Below, piece by piece: positions 28,463-37,030 of a stretch of 64,000 nucleotides of DNA. Each line of letters begins with the position of its first letter. Within the stretch, counting starts at the first letter, position 1. The stretch comes from Thermodesulfobacteriota bacterium (lineage in GTDB: Bacteria > Desulfobacterota > Binatia > Bin18): NCBI GenBank assembly GCA_964291405.2, contig OZ219926.1, positions 192,001 through 256,000 of the forward strand, written 5' to 3'. Under the pieces are notes generated by a model that was not told the origin of the DNA, did no database searches, and was given only the letters and a program-made list of their open reading frames with translations. Both the position numbers and the translations under genes were made by a program.

Positions 28463-29035
28463 TTATTTCACCAGTTCTTCTCTACCCCGAGCAGTGATCT
28501 TATAACGAATCACCGAGACCGCAAGAACGATAACCACTCCAAGGGTAATCAGCGCTGGTCCGACTAAGGCCTTATACCATGCCGCAACCTGAAAGGGAAA
28601 TGCAAATTTGCGCGGTTCACGTTCATCAGCAAGTCCGAGCATCACACGCACTTCGTAGCGTAGCCCTGCCTTGACAACGACTTCAGCGTTGGCCACGCCA
28701 CGTTCATATACTTGGAAAGGCAGGGACAGGACCGTATTCGACTGTCCGGGCTCATCTGAGGCAACGAGTTCAACACCGAACGGCATTTCCCACAGGTCGG
28801 GCGTCACGTCCACGACCAGGAAGGCATTCCCCACACGCGGGATTTCCTCACAATACTCCGTAACCGGGTCGAATTGAGTCTGATAAAACGTAATATGCAA
28901 GAGCGAAGCACCGACCTCCCGTCGGCATGGGTCTCCAGGCCCCCTGTCTCGATGCGCCCAGGATGACGCGGGAAGCACCAGGCAAAGCGTCACTACTACA
29001 GCGAGAAGAGAGGAGATTCGGCGAGTTCGTCTCAT
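28463..29035 (-). CDS. Second PmoD/AmoD/AmoE-like protein upstream of pmoC (start uncertain)
   Basis: Signal peptide ending SWA|HRD, then DPC...LHITFYQ...EYCEEIPRVG...VVDV, and a C-terminal TM. Aligns by eye with 24499-25029. Confidence 0.75.
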   Translation of the reverse strand: MRRTRRISSLLAVVVTLCLVLPASSWAHRDRGPGDPCRREVGASLLHITFYQTQFDPVTEYCEEIPRVGNAFLVVDVTPDLWEMPFGVELVASDEPGQSNTVLSLPFQVYERGVANAEVVVKAGLRYEVRVMLGLADEREPRKFAFPFQVAAWYKALVGPALITLGVVIVLAVSVIRYKITARGREELVK

Positions 29036-29124
29036 CGGTCGGTTCTTACAGAATTTCGGCATTGACCAAAGGCCCTGAGATAGCAGGATGAAAGAGTAGG
29101 GACAACTCCAGAACATAGCATTAT

Positions 29125-29970
29125 CTAAGGAAGGGAACGATCAATATCCATAAAGAACGAGAGGAGGACCGTATTGAGCGGGGGCCACTGCCGATGGGTA
29201 CCAGTTCCTTCACAGTATATGGTTTTGCTATTTGTCCTACATCCTGAGTAAGCCACACAGCCATTTTCATCCTTCTCAACCGAACCGGACTGACACTCGT
29301 TACACGCAGCCAGCCAGGAAGCCGCCTCAGCCCCGTAGCCGGGGAAAAGATGGTCGTTAGCACTGTGCATAATCAGAACAGACAATGCTTCGGGACACGA
29401 GAAGGTTTCGAGGTCGGTCCGTCTGAACCCGGCGGCGCTCGGCGCCACCGCTGTCGGGATATGGCGTGTCTCGTCTAAAAGCGCGAGGGCCAGGGCAACC
29501 GTGCCACCATCAGAGTGACCGGTCAGATAGACCCGCCCTTCATCAACACACCACTTTTTGGCGATAAGTCGCGGGATCGTACCGAGTTCGGGAATAACTT
29601 CAAGCGAAAGGCGGCGTGAGTCGGCATAGACGACAACGAAGCCCGCCGTCGTTGCCGCAAAAGTCAGGTCTGTCAGGCGCTCGGAGCGAAAACGACTTGA
29701 GCCTGCCGGGGCATAGACCATGATGAGGGGGTGGAGAATGCCTGGGTTGTAGTTGGCGGGCGTCCGAACCATATATTTAATCCCGTGTTCGGTCTGCTCG
29801 TCGTTACTCAGCCCACCCGAGCCGCTCCGCTCGCCGAGCGGACACGGCCCAGTGCTGAGGGCATGGTCATATTCGTACCGGCCTAACTTCGGGGGTTCGC
29901 TTGGCAGTCCAGAACACCCCCAGAGGACGAGCACAACGAGACAGAGCGTCCGGCACTGGGGCCTACTCAT
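29125..29970 (-). CDS. PHB-depolymerase-like alpha/beta-hydrolase lipoprotein
   Basis: Lipobox LWGC, RVYLTGHSDGG nucleophile elbow, MHSANDHLFP and GTHRQWP. Confidence 0.8.
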   Translation of the reverse strand: MSRPQCRTLCLVVLVLWGCSGLPSEPPKLGRYEYDHALSTGPCPLGERSGSGGLSNDEQTEHGIKYMVRTPANYNPGILHPLIMVYAPAGSSRFRSERLTDLTFAATTAGFVVVYADSRRLSLEVIPELGTIPRLIAKKWCVDEGRVYLTGHSDGGTVALALALLDETRHIPTAVAPSAAGFRRTDLETFSCPEALSVLIMHSANDHLFPGYGAEAASWLAACNECQSGSVEKDENGCVAYSGCRTNSKTIYCEGTGTHRQWPPLNTVLLSFFMDIDRSLP

Positions 29971-30109
29971 CAATATAGGGCGACAGCCGCGTCTCTCCGC
30001 TTGTCCCACTGGCCCTCTCCTGCTTGCCGCGTCAATACGTCTCAGTTTATACTGCAAAAGTTCTCATCCTGCTCTATCTGAGGGAACAGCACTTGGTAAG
30101 GAGGGATAT

Positions 30110-31225
30110 ATGCTCTCAGTTTTTTCAGCCCCAAGCCACTACGTACAGGGGAGGAACGCCACCGCGGCCCTAGGAACGGAAATGCAGCGCATCGGCCTAC
30201 GGGGGCCAGCGTGTATTGTTGCCGGGAAAAGTGCCATTCGGCTGCTTTCAGAAGTCTGGCAGAAACATTTGAACGATGCCGGCATCACCCATGTCGTCCA
30301 CCAGTTCGGGGGAGAGTGCTCCTATCCTGAAATCGAGCGTATCAAAGAAACAGCACGAGAGAATAAGGCTCAGGTCATTATTGGAGCGGGCGGTGGCAAG
30401 GTCTTGGACGCGGCCCGGGCCGCGGCAGACGACCTTGATCTTCCCGTCGTCAACTGTCCGAGCATTGCCTCAAGTGACGCACCGTGCAGCGCGCTGTCGG
30501 TGATCTATACCCCCGAGGGGGTATTCCAGGAATATCGCTTTTATCGAAAAAACCCAGACTTGGTTGTCGTGGATACCTATGTTGTCGCCCAAGCTCCAGC
30601 CAGGCTGCTTGTGGCCGGGATGGGAGATGCGCTGGCCACGTGGTTCGAGGCTAAAACCTGTGTTGCCGGCCACGTCCAGAATATGCGTGGTGGAGCCTCA
30701 ACGCGCAGCGCCGAAAAGCTGGCGGAGCTGTGTTACAACATCTTGGTTGAGGACGGCCCGGATGCCAAACGGGCCGTGGAACGGCATGTTGTCAATCCAG
30801 CCCTGGAGCGGCTGGTAGAAGCCAACACCCTGCTGTCGGGTTTGGGCTTCGAGTCCTCGGGCCTTGCCGCGGCCCATGCCATCCATAATGGTCTCACCGC
30901 AGCTCCACTCACCCATCCGTACTATCACGGGGAAAAAGTCGCCTATGGCCTGATGGCCCAGTTGGTGCTCGAAGGTCAGCCACGCTCGGTTATCGATCCG
31001 GTGCTGGAGTTTTCATCCGCGGTCGGTCTGCCCATCACTCTGGCCGAGATTGGGCTCAGCGAATTCTCAGAGGATATGCTTGAACAAGTCGCAGCGCGGG
31101 CGACCGCGGAAGGCGAAACCATCCATAACGAACCGTTTGACGTCCAGCCCGACATGGTTGCCGACGCCATTCTGGCCGCGGATTCGATGGGCCGCGCCTG
31201 GCAGGCCACGCACGAGGCACAGTAA
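30110..31225 (+). CDS. gldA: Glycerol dehydrogenase (NAD-dependent glycerol/1,2-diol dehydrogenase)
   Basis: PSHYVQG, FGGECS, GGGKVLD, ASSDAPCSALSV, GMGDALATWFE, GLAAAHAIHNG and HGEKVA. AAGGAGG RBS before the ATG at 30110. Confidence 0.93.
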   Translation: MLSVFSAPSHYVQGRNATAALGTEMQRIGLRGPACIVAGKSAIRLLSEVWQKHLNDAGITHVVHQFGGECSYPEIERIKETARENKAQVIIGAGGGKVLDAARAAADDLDLPVVNCPSIASSDAPCSALSVIYTPEGVFQEYRFYRKNPDLVVVDTYVVAQAPARLLVAGMGDALATWFEAKTCVAGHVQNMRGGASTRSAEKLAELCYNILVEDGPDAKRAVERHVVNPALERLVEANTLLSGLGFESSGLAAAHAIHNGLTAAPLTHPYYHGEKVAYGLMAQLVLEGQPRSVIDPVLEFSSAVGLPITLAEIGLSEFSEDMLEQVAARATAEGETIHNEPFDVQPDMVADAILAADSMGRAWQATHEAQ

Positions 31226-31283
31226 GACGCGCGAAGGGGGCAGGCAAACGCAACGCCAGAGATATTCTCTCGCGCAGACGCGC

Positions 31284-32630
31284 TTAGCTGTCGCCCCTCC
31301 CCTCCTCAAATACCAGCTTGCCCTCGCGCTCCTGGGCCTCAATCAAGGCCCGCACGTCAGGTGACAAACTGATAGTACGCGAGTCTGGGAATTTTCCTTC
31401 TTCGAGCGGGGGCCGCAGATAGAATTCGTCCGGTGAGTTGAGACTCATCAGACCCTTGGGCGGTACAAGGAACCATTCGCGGCGCATAAATCCGGAGCTG
31501 AAGAAGATATTTTTGTCTTCCTCTGACCACGTCTGTGGGACAAATCCGTGGATCGAAGCGGACAGGAAGTCAATAGACACATCCCACCACAAGTCAAACT
31601 GGACCGCATAGCCATGTTCTTTCAGAGTTGGATTGGCCAGGGTCGCAATCCGGGTATTCACAAAACTCAGCTGCCCCTGTCGGTCATATTCTTCCATCCG
31701 CAAAGGAAAGAACGCATATTGATCAACCCAGTAAATCAGCTTATGGGCGTAGTAGTCACGCAGCCATTCGGCCTTTGGTATGGCTTCGAGCACATAACAT
31801 TTGACCCCACCGTCTGCGGTATAAAGCGGGTATTCTTTGCCCATGAGAGAGAGGTCCTGGGCGGCAACTTCAATATACTGCCCTTTCTCGTCGGTCAGCA
31901 CGGCTGTTTGGCGCGTCTTGGGAAAACGCACCGTCTGATACAGAATATCCGTCCCGAGGATGCGCCACGAGAATTCCCAGGCATCCCGTCCGATCAAATT
32001 ATCAAACGTTGCCGCGCTATTGGGTAAACGGTCTTCCCGACGAGGTTGGGGCTGACGACGGATCCGCCGGAGCGATGGGGAATAGGCGAACATGTCTATT
32101 TTCGTCCGGAACGTTTGATCCGTCCGATAGCCTATCCATAAGGTCTGATTCCCATACCGTTCGGGTGGAGAGACGCTTTGGGAGAGCCAGCGATAGATTT
32201 CCTGGCCGGGCTGAGCGGCATACAGATGTTCTCCAAACCCATTCTCGGGAAAATACAGGATGGGAATAAGCGTCACGCGTTGATCCATAAATCCCGAGTT
32301 CGTCACGGAGAAAGCCATATCGATCAGGACACAGTCCCAGAATGGCGAGTGTGGGAACTCCATAGCTCGTAGCGCCATTTCTTCAGCCGTATAGGGTGGC
32401 CGAAACGGAAAAGACTCGGCCGGTAGATAGAGGACCTTTGCATCCCGCGGCGTGTCACTACGGAGGTCGAGCGCATTCTTTTCTTCGTCCGTGAGCTCGG
32501 CAACCGTTTTCCAGGTTTTTCGTGAGATCGGACTGCTTTGATCTGCCGCTACAATCGCGGCCCCTATACTACCGGAAGACAGCAGGCAGGAGACAACGAG
32601 CCACAAGAGCTGTTGCGCGCGAAGAGCCAT
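31284..32630 (-). CDS. DUF1329-like / outer-membrane lipoprotein-sorting family periplasmic protein
   Basis: YSPSLRRIRRQPQPRR, GRDAWEFSWR and CYVLEA...IYWVD...PLRMEEYD. Paralog of the next gene. Confidence 0.75.
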   Translation of the reverse strand: MALRAQQLLWLVVSCLLSSGSIGAAIVAADQSSPISRKTWKTVAELTDEEKNALDLRSDTPRDAKVLYLPAESFPFRPPYTAEEMALRAMEFPHSPFWDCVLIDMAFSVTNSGFMDQRVTLIPILYFPENGFGEHLYAAQPGQEIYRWLSQSVSPPERYGNQTLWIGYRTDQTFRTKIDMFAYSPSLRRIRRQPQPRREDRLPNSAATFDNLIGRDAWEFSWRILGTDILYQTVRFPKTRQTAVLTDEKGQYIEVAAQDLSLMGKEYPLYTADGGVKCYVLEAIPKAEWLRDYYAHKLIYWVDQYAFFPLRMEEYDRQGQLSFVNTRIATLANPTLKEHGYAVQFDLWWDVSIDFLSASIHGFVPQTWSEEDKNIFFSSGFMRREWFLVPPKGLMSLNSPDEFYLRPPLEEGKFPDSRTISLSPDVRALIEAQEREGKLVFEEGRGDS

Positions 32631-32631
32631 C

Positions 32632-33984
32632 TTACTGCTGCACTTTGGCCTCAATGAGCGGAGAGGAAATGTCGAAGACCAGATGTCCGGCTTCTTCTTG
32701 CAAACGGTAGCGCTGCGCCAGCTCTGCAGAAATGGCAACGGTCCGGTCTTGCGGGAATTTCTCTAGATACAAGAGCGGGCGGAGAAAGAATTTTTCCGGA
32801 GAATAGACCAGAGATTGGGATTTGAGCGGATACTTGAGCCAATTGCGGCGCATGAAGTCGGGCTCGAACATCGTCTCTCGGTCTTCCTGGGGCCACTCCT
32901 TCACCCAGTGGGCGTCATGGGCGCTATAGCTCATCAGGTCGAGGGCGAGGTCGTAGTAGACCGTAAACAGTCCGGCGTAGCCGCGTTCTTCCAGTTCCGG
33001 GTTGGCGAGATAGGCATTCCGCACCTCAATCATCCGCAGTTGATTGTCATTGTCATACTGCTCGATACGCAGCGGATAGAAGCTGTGCTGATCGAACCAG
33101 TATATCAGCCGGCTCATACGGTAGTGCGGCAACCAATCTTCTTTCCTGGTCGCCTCAACCACATAACAGGCCACGCCACCGTCCGCCGTATAGTGCGGAT
33201 AGGTATCGCCCAGCATTTTAATCTGGTCCGACGGGACCTCATTAAAACTTCCGTCGGGCGTGGCCAGGGTGACCGTCGGACGGGTATTTGGGAAACGAAT
33301 AGTCTCATGCAGCACATCCGTGCCAAGCAGGCGCCACGAGAACTCCCAGGCATCGCGCCCCACCACATCGTCAAAGGTCTGGACATTATTGGGGAAGCGC
33401 GCGTCCCGGCGGGGCTGAGGCTGGCGGCGCACGCGGCGCAGGTTTGGGCTGTAGATGAAATTATCGAGTTTGGTTGTTTCTTCCTTGTCCGTTCGTCTCA
33501 ATATCCACAGGTCCTGAAGACCCTGGTTCTCGGGTGGATAGGTATAGAAGAAGACCATCCGAAAATAGGCCTCCCCCGGCGCCATGCTGAGCTGGCCGGG
33601 TACCCCATACTCGTCCGGGATATAATGGCTATAGGCCAGTGTTATGCCTTCATCCAGAAAGCCGTTGCTGGTAATGGCGCCGAACACATCGGCCATGGCG
33701 TGCGACCAGCGGGCGATGTGCGGGAATTCCATGGCCCGATAGCCCATCTCTTCCGCGGTATAGGGCGACTGAAAGGGATAGGCTTCAGCCGGGAGGTAAG
33801 GAATCGTCGTATCCCGGGGGGTATCGACCCGGAAATCAATGCGCGATTTTTCCCCTTCGGACAGTTCTTCTACTATCTTCCAGGTCTTGCGCAGGCCGCC
33901 GTTCTGCTCGGCAGCCCCGGCGACCGGGAGCGCCAGGCTGGACAGCAAGGCCCAGACCGTCAGGAAAAAAAAGCGCCCATTCAT
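32632..33984 (-). CDS. DUF1329-like / outer-membrane lipoprotein-sorting family periplasmic protein
   Basis: Signal peptide, YSPNLRRVRRQPQPRR, GRDAWEFSWR and CYVVEA...IYWFD...PLRIEQYD. Confidence 0.75.
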   Translation of the reverse strand: MNGRFFFLTVWALLSSLALPVAGAAEQNGGLRKTWKIVEELSEGEKSRIDFRVDTPRDTTIPYLPAEAYPFQSPYTAEEMGYRAMEFPHIARWSHAMADVFGAITSNGFLDEGITLAYSHYIPDEYGVPGQLSMAPGEAYFRMVFFYTYPPENQGLQDLWILRRTDKEETTKLDNFIYSPNLRRVRRQPQPRRDARFPNNVQTFDDVVGRDAWEFSWRLLGTDVLHETIRFPNTRPTVTLATPDGSFNEVPSDQIKMLGDTYPHYTADGGVACYVVEATRKEDWLPHYRMSRLIYWFDQHSFYPLRIEQYDNDNQLRMIEVRNAYLANPELEERGYAGLFTVYYDLALDLMSYSAHDAHWVKEWPQEDRETMFEPDFMRRNWLKYPLKSQSLVYSPEKFFLRPLLYLEKFPQDRTVAISAELAQRYRLQEEAGHLVFDISSPLIEAKVQQ

Positions 33985-33990
33985 AATCGG

Positions 33991-35619
33991 TCAGAACTCG
34001 TAACTCAGTTCCCAGCCGATATTGTCCCATTTATTATATTGACCGTACAGGTCAGTCCGATCACCGCTACTGAACGCCGTATAAATAAGGCGGCCCGTAA
34101 TGAATTGGGAAAAACGGTAGCTCGAAACAAATTTCGTTTTTATGCCCTGCCACTTCTTCTGCGGCAGACTGATCACTGGAACGACGGTCAGCTCCAAGCG
34201 CAAACGGTCACGGGTGAAACGAAACGGGCGCCCAATAAACATAACCGGCAGGAGGCTCATTTCATCTCCGATTCCTCCGCCAAAGCCACCGCCGAGATTG
34301 CGACGCCAGTCAAAGGTATACAACAGGGAAGGCTGTATAATCGCGGAGGTGTTGCCGGGGAAGGCGAACTCCAGCGCAATCGCGGCCCGCAAGGTGTCAC
34401 GCCGAATGATCCCAGAGTTGAGATATCCGTCCCGTGCGCGCTGCTGATGGTCAAAGTCGGCGAAGGGAACGTCTTTGGTCCACAAGCCCTCAACCCGCAA
34501 CACAATCGGCAGTTCGCCAACAAGCGGCATGTTCGAGAGCGCGGAGGCATAGTCGGCGGTGATGCCGAGATGATGCAAGCGGGTAAAACGGGGCTGAAAG
34601 GTCAGATAGGGGTCCCCGGCGGCATCAATATCGCGGTCGACAATGAAGGATGTCGGGTTTTTATTCCAGGCGTAATAATAGATGAGACCCCAGGTGAGCG
34701 GTTCCATGGAAACATCAAGCCGCAGGCCGTACTGATGATCACCGAAATCCCCCGCAGACGGGCGCTTCGTCTCTCTAAACTGATCCCCGGTCGCGTTTTG
34801 CCGGCCGTCCAGGAGGGCTTTCGTCTCCGTATCCCTGGGCGGAGCCAGGGGCGAATACCACGGCGAGCCGGGGACCGGATTCCGGTCCTGCTCAAAGTTC
34901 GGAATCCACAGGAAGTTGAGAGAGTTTGCCCCAAAGAAATAGGTCACGTTGGCCATCCAGGCCGGCAGCCGTCGCCACTCGTAGTCACTCGCCTCAAGCT
35001 GGACGGACTCGCGCCGGTCCATGCCGTTGATGACGTCAATATATTGGCCGTCCATTTTTCCCCAGGCGATTTGTTGCTTGCCCAGGACTACGTCGAGGTT
35101 ATGGGTGCGATAGCTGATGTACAACTCGCGTACAATACGCTCGAAGTTATGATAGGCGCGGAATGTCTCGCTCGTCCGGGGGGCAAACAGACCGGCGGAA
35201 TCCTGCCAGTTGTACACGCTGTCGTACATAAAGTTGTTGATATTGGTGATTTCGATATTGGGTGAGACTTGGTAGTGGAGTTCCAATTCCAACAAATTCT
35301 GCATCTGGGAGAAGCGGAAGTCTTTCCGTCGATTGCCGACACGACGATCACCCGAGAGTTGGATATCAGACCATTGACGGAGAAATCCCCGGAACGTCAG
35401 GGCCGGGACCTGCCGTTCGACGGGCTGGCGGACGTAGCGCCCGGCCGGATCAAAGGTGGACAGAAAACGATCAAAGCGTGACCAGGCATTCACGACCTTA
35501 TCAACCTGTTTGTCCATGAAATAGCCGTAACAGGGAGAAACATTGGCCGAGATCGCCAGGAGGAACAGTCCACCGAGGATACTACAGACTACGGATATAA
35601 GCCCGCGTTTACCGTGCAT
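33991..35619 (-). CDS. DUF1302-like outer-membrane beta-barrel protein
   Basis: Signal peptide, RELYI...LGKQQIAWGKMDG...DVIN and C-terminal DNIGWELSYEF ending in Phe. Confidence 0.78.
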   Translation of the reverse strand: MHGKRGLISVVCSILGGLFLLAISANVSPCYGYFMDKQVDKVVNAWSRFDRFLSTFDPAGRYVRQPVERQVPALTFRGFLRQWSDIQLSGDRRVGNRRKDFRFSQMQNLLELELHYQVSPNIEITNINNFMYDSVYNWQDSAGLFAPRTSETFRAYHNFERIVRELYISYRTHNLDVVLGKQQIAWGKMDGQYIDVINGMDRRESVQLEASDYEWRRLPAWMANVTYFFGANSLNFLWIPNFEQDRNPVPGSPWYSPLAPPRDTETKALLDGRQNATGDQFRETKRPSAGDFGDHQYGLRLDVSMEPLTWGLIYYYAWNKNPTSFIVDRDIDAAGDPYLTFQPRFTRLHHLGITADYASALSNMPLVGELPIVLRVEGLWTKDVPFADFDHQQRARDGYLNSGIIRRDTLRAAIALEFAFPGNTSAIIQPSLLYTFDWRRNLGGGFGGGIGDEMSLLPVMFIGRPFRFTRDRLRLELTVVPVISLPQKKWQGIKTKFVSSYRFSQFITGRLIYTAFSSGDRTDLYGQYNKWDNIGWELSYEF

Positions 35620-35632
35620 GAAATATCTTTCC

Positions 35633-36877
35633 TTACTCGTGTTCTACGGGCGTTGGGCGGCTGACGAGGATACCGTCCCGCGCTAACCGCTCCAGTTGGT
35701 CAGCGCTATAGTCCAGATAATTGCAGAGGATGGAGTCGTTGTGCTCTCCCAAATCCGGCGCCTCAAACGGGGCATCGGTTCTGGCTGGGCTCGAAAAGCG
35801 GAACGGAAACCCAGGCAGAACAAAATCACCCAACACCTTATCCTGTATCGGTCGGATAGCCTCACGCTCAAGCAAATGGGGATGATTGACCACTTCCGGA
35901 ATGGTCAGGACGGGTGCGGCCGGCACGCGTTCACGGTGTAGAGCGGCGACGGCCTCTTCTCGATTCGGCATGGTGCCGAGCCAGGCTTCAATGGCCTGGA
36001 TGAGTTCTTTTTTATGATGGACCCGATCCCGGTTGGTACGGAAGCGCGGATCTTCTACAAATTCCGGATGTCCAATGGTTCGCGCCACGCCTTGCCATTG
36101 ATGGTCAAGGGCGCCCACGATGACCACGAACCCGTCTTTTGCCTGAAAAATACCGCACGGGGCCAGCCCCATATGGTGGGCGCCACTCCGGGTTGGAACG
36201 AATTTACCGCCCGAGGCGCTATGTGATTGAATCGTAAAATCATGCGAATGGATATAGGCATCGAGCAGCGACACGTCGATATACTGGCCTTCGCCTGTCC
36301 GCTCACGGTGCAACAGCGCACAGGCAATCGCGCCAAAGGCGTGCACCCCAGTACTCACATCGCCAATCGCAGCCTGGGGCATGGCTGGCGCACGGCCGCG
36401 TTCGCCAGTGACTTCATTGAATCCAGAATACGCCTGGGCGATGAAATCATAGCCGGGCACATGGGACAGCGGGCCGGTCTGACCAAGGGCTGAAATTGAA
36501 CACATGATGATACGCGGGTTCAGTTTTTGCAGTTCTTCATAGGCAAAACCGAGCCGTTTGATCGCACCCGGACTATAGTTCTCGACCACCACATCCATAT
36601 GCGGAATGAGCCCGCGTATGATGTCCCGCCCCTCCTCCGTCTTCAGATTCACACACAGACTTTGTTTGCAGACATTGTGCTGGATAAAATAGCCGCTACG
36701 GCCCTTTTTCAGAATCCCGTTGAGGCGAGCCGGGTCTCCTTTCGGGGCCTGCTCAACCTTAATAACTTCAGCCCCCATTTCGGCCAACAGGCGTGTCGTC
36801 GTCGGTCCGGCAACAATCTGCGTAAAGTCCAGCACTTTATAGCCAGCTAACATACCCTGACGTGACGCGCCTGCCAT
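35633..36877 (-). CDS. Class III CoA-transferase (CaiB/BaiF)
   Basis: VLDFTQIVAGP, GAEVIKVE, DVVVENY, GYDFIAQA, AIGDVSTG and APDLGEHN. Confidence 0.92.
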   Translation of the reverse strand: MAGASRQGMLAGYKVLDFTQIVAGPTTTRLLAEMGAEVIKVEQAPKGDPARLNGILKKGRSGYFIQHNVCKQSLCVNLKTEEGRDIIRGLIPHMDVVVENYSPGAIKRLGFAYEELQKLNPRIIMCSISALGQTGPLSHVPGYDFIAQAYSGFNEVTGERGRAPAMPQAAIGDVSTGVHAFGAIACALLHRERTGEGQYIDVSLLDAYIHSHDFTIQSHSASGGKFVPTRSGAHHMGLAPCGIFQAKDGFVVIVGALDHQWQGVARTIGHPEFVEDPRFRTNRDRVHHKKELIQAIEAWLGTMPNREEAVAALHRERVPAAPVLTIPEVVNHPHLLEREAIRPIQDKVLGDFVLPGFPFRFSSPARTDAPFEAPDLGEHNDSILCNYLDYSADQLERLARDGILVSRPTPVEHE

Positions 36878-37030
36878 ACTGAGTCCCCTTCCCTCAATAC
36901 TTATAGAGTAGTTTGGCCGAACGGCTGAATGAAGGTTCAGTTACATGAACTGCCGCGATCCTAGCCACAAGCCACCACCGATGCAAGGTGGGGTTCTTAT
37001 GATTCTCTTACGGAATGCTGGTCGCCGGAG

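Noticed and set aside
29753-30109. 119-aa N-terminal extension of gldA in the ORF track
   Set aside because: It overlaps the divergent esterase. The RBS and family N-terminus point to the ATG at 30110.
32815-35265. 816-aa plus-strand ORF
   Set aside because: It is the antisense shadow of the DUF1329/DUF1302 genes, has no motifs, and is explained by GC-rich codon bias.
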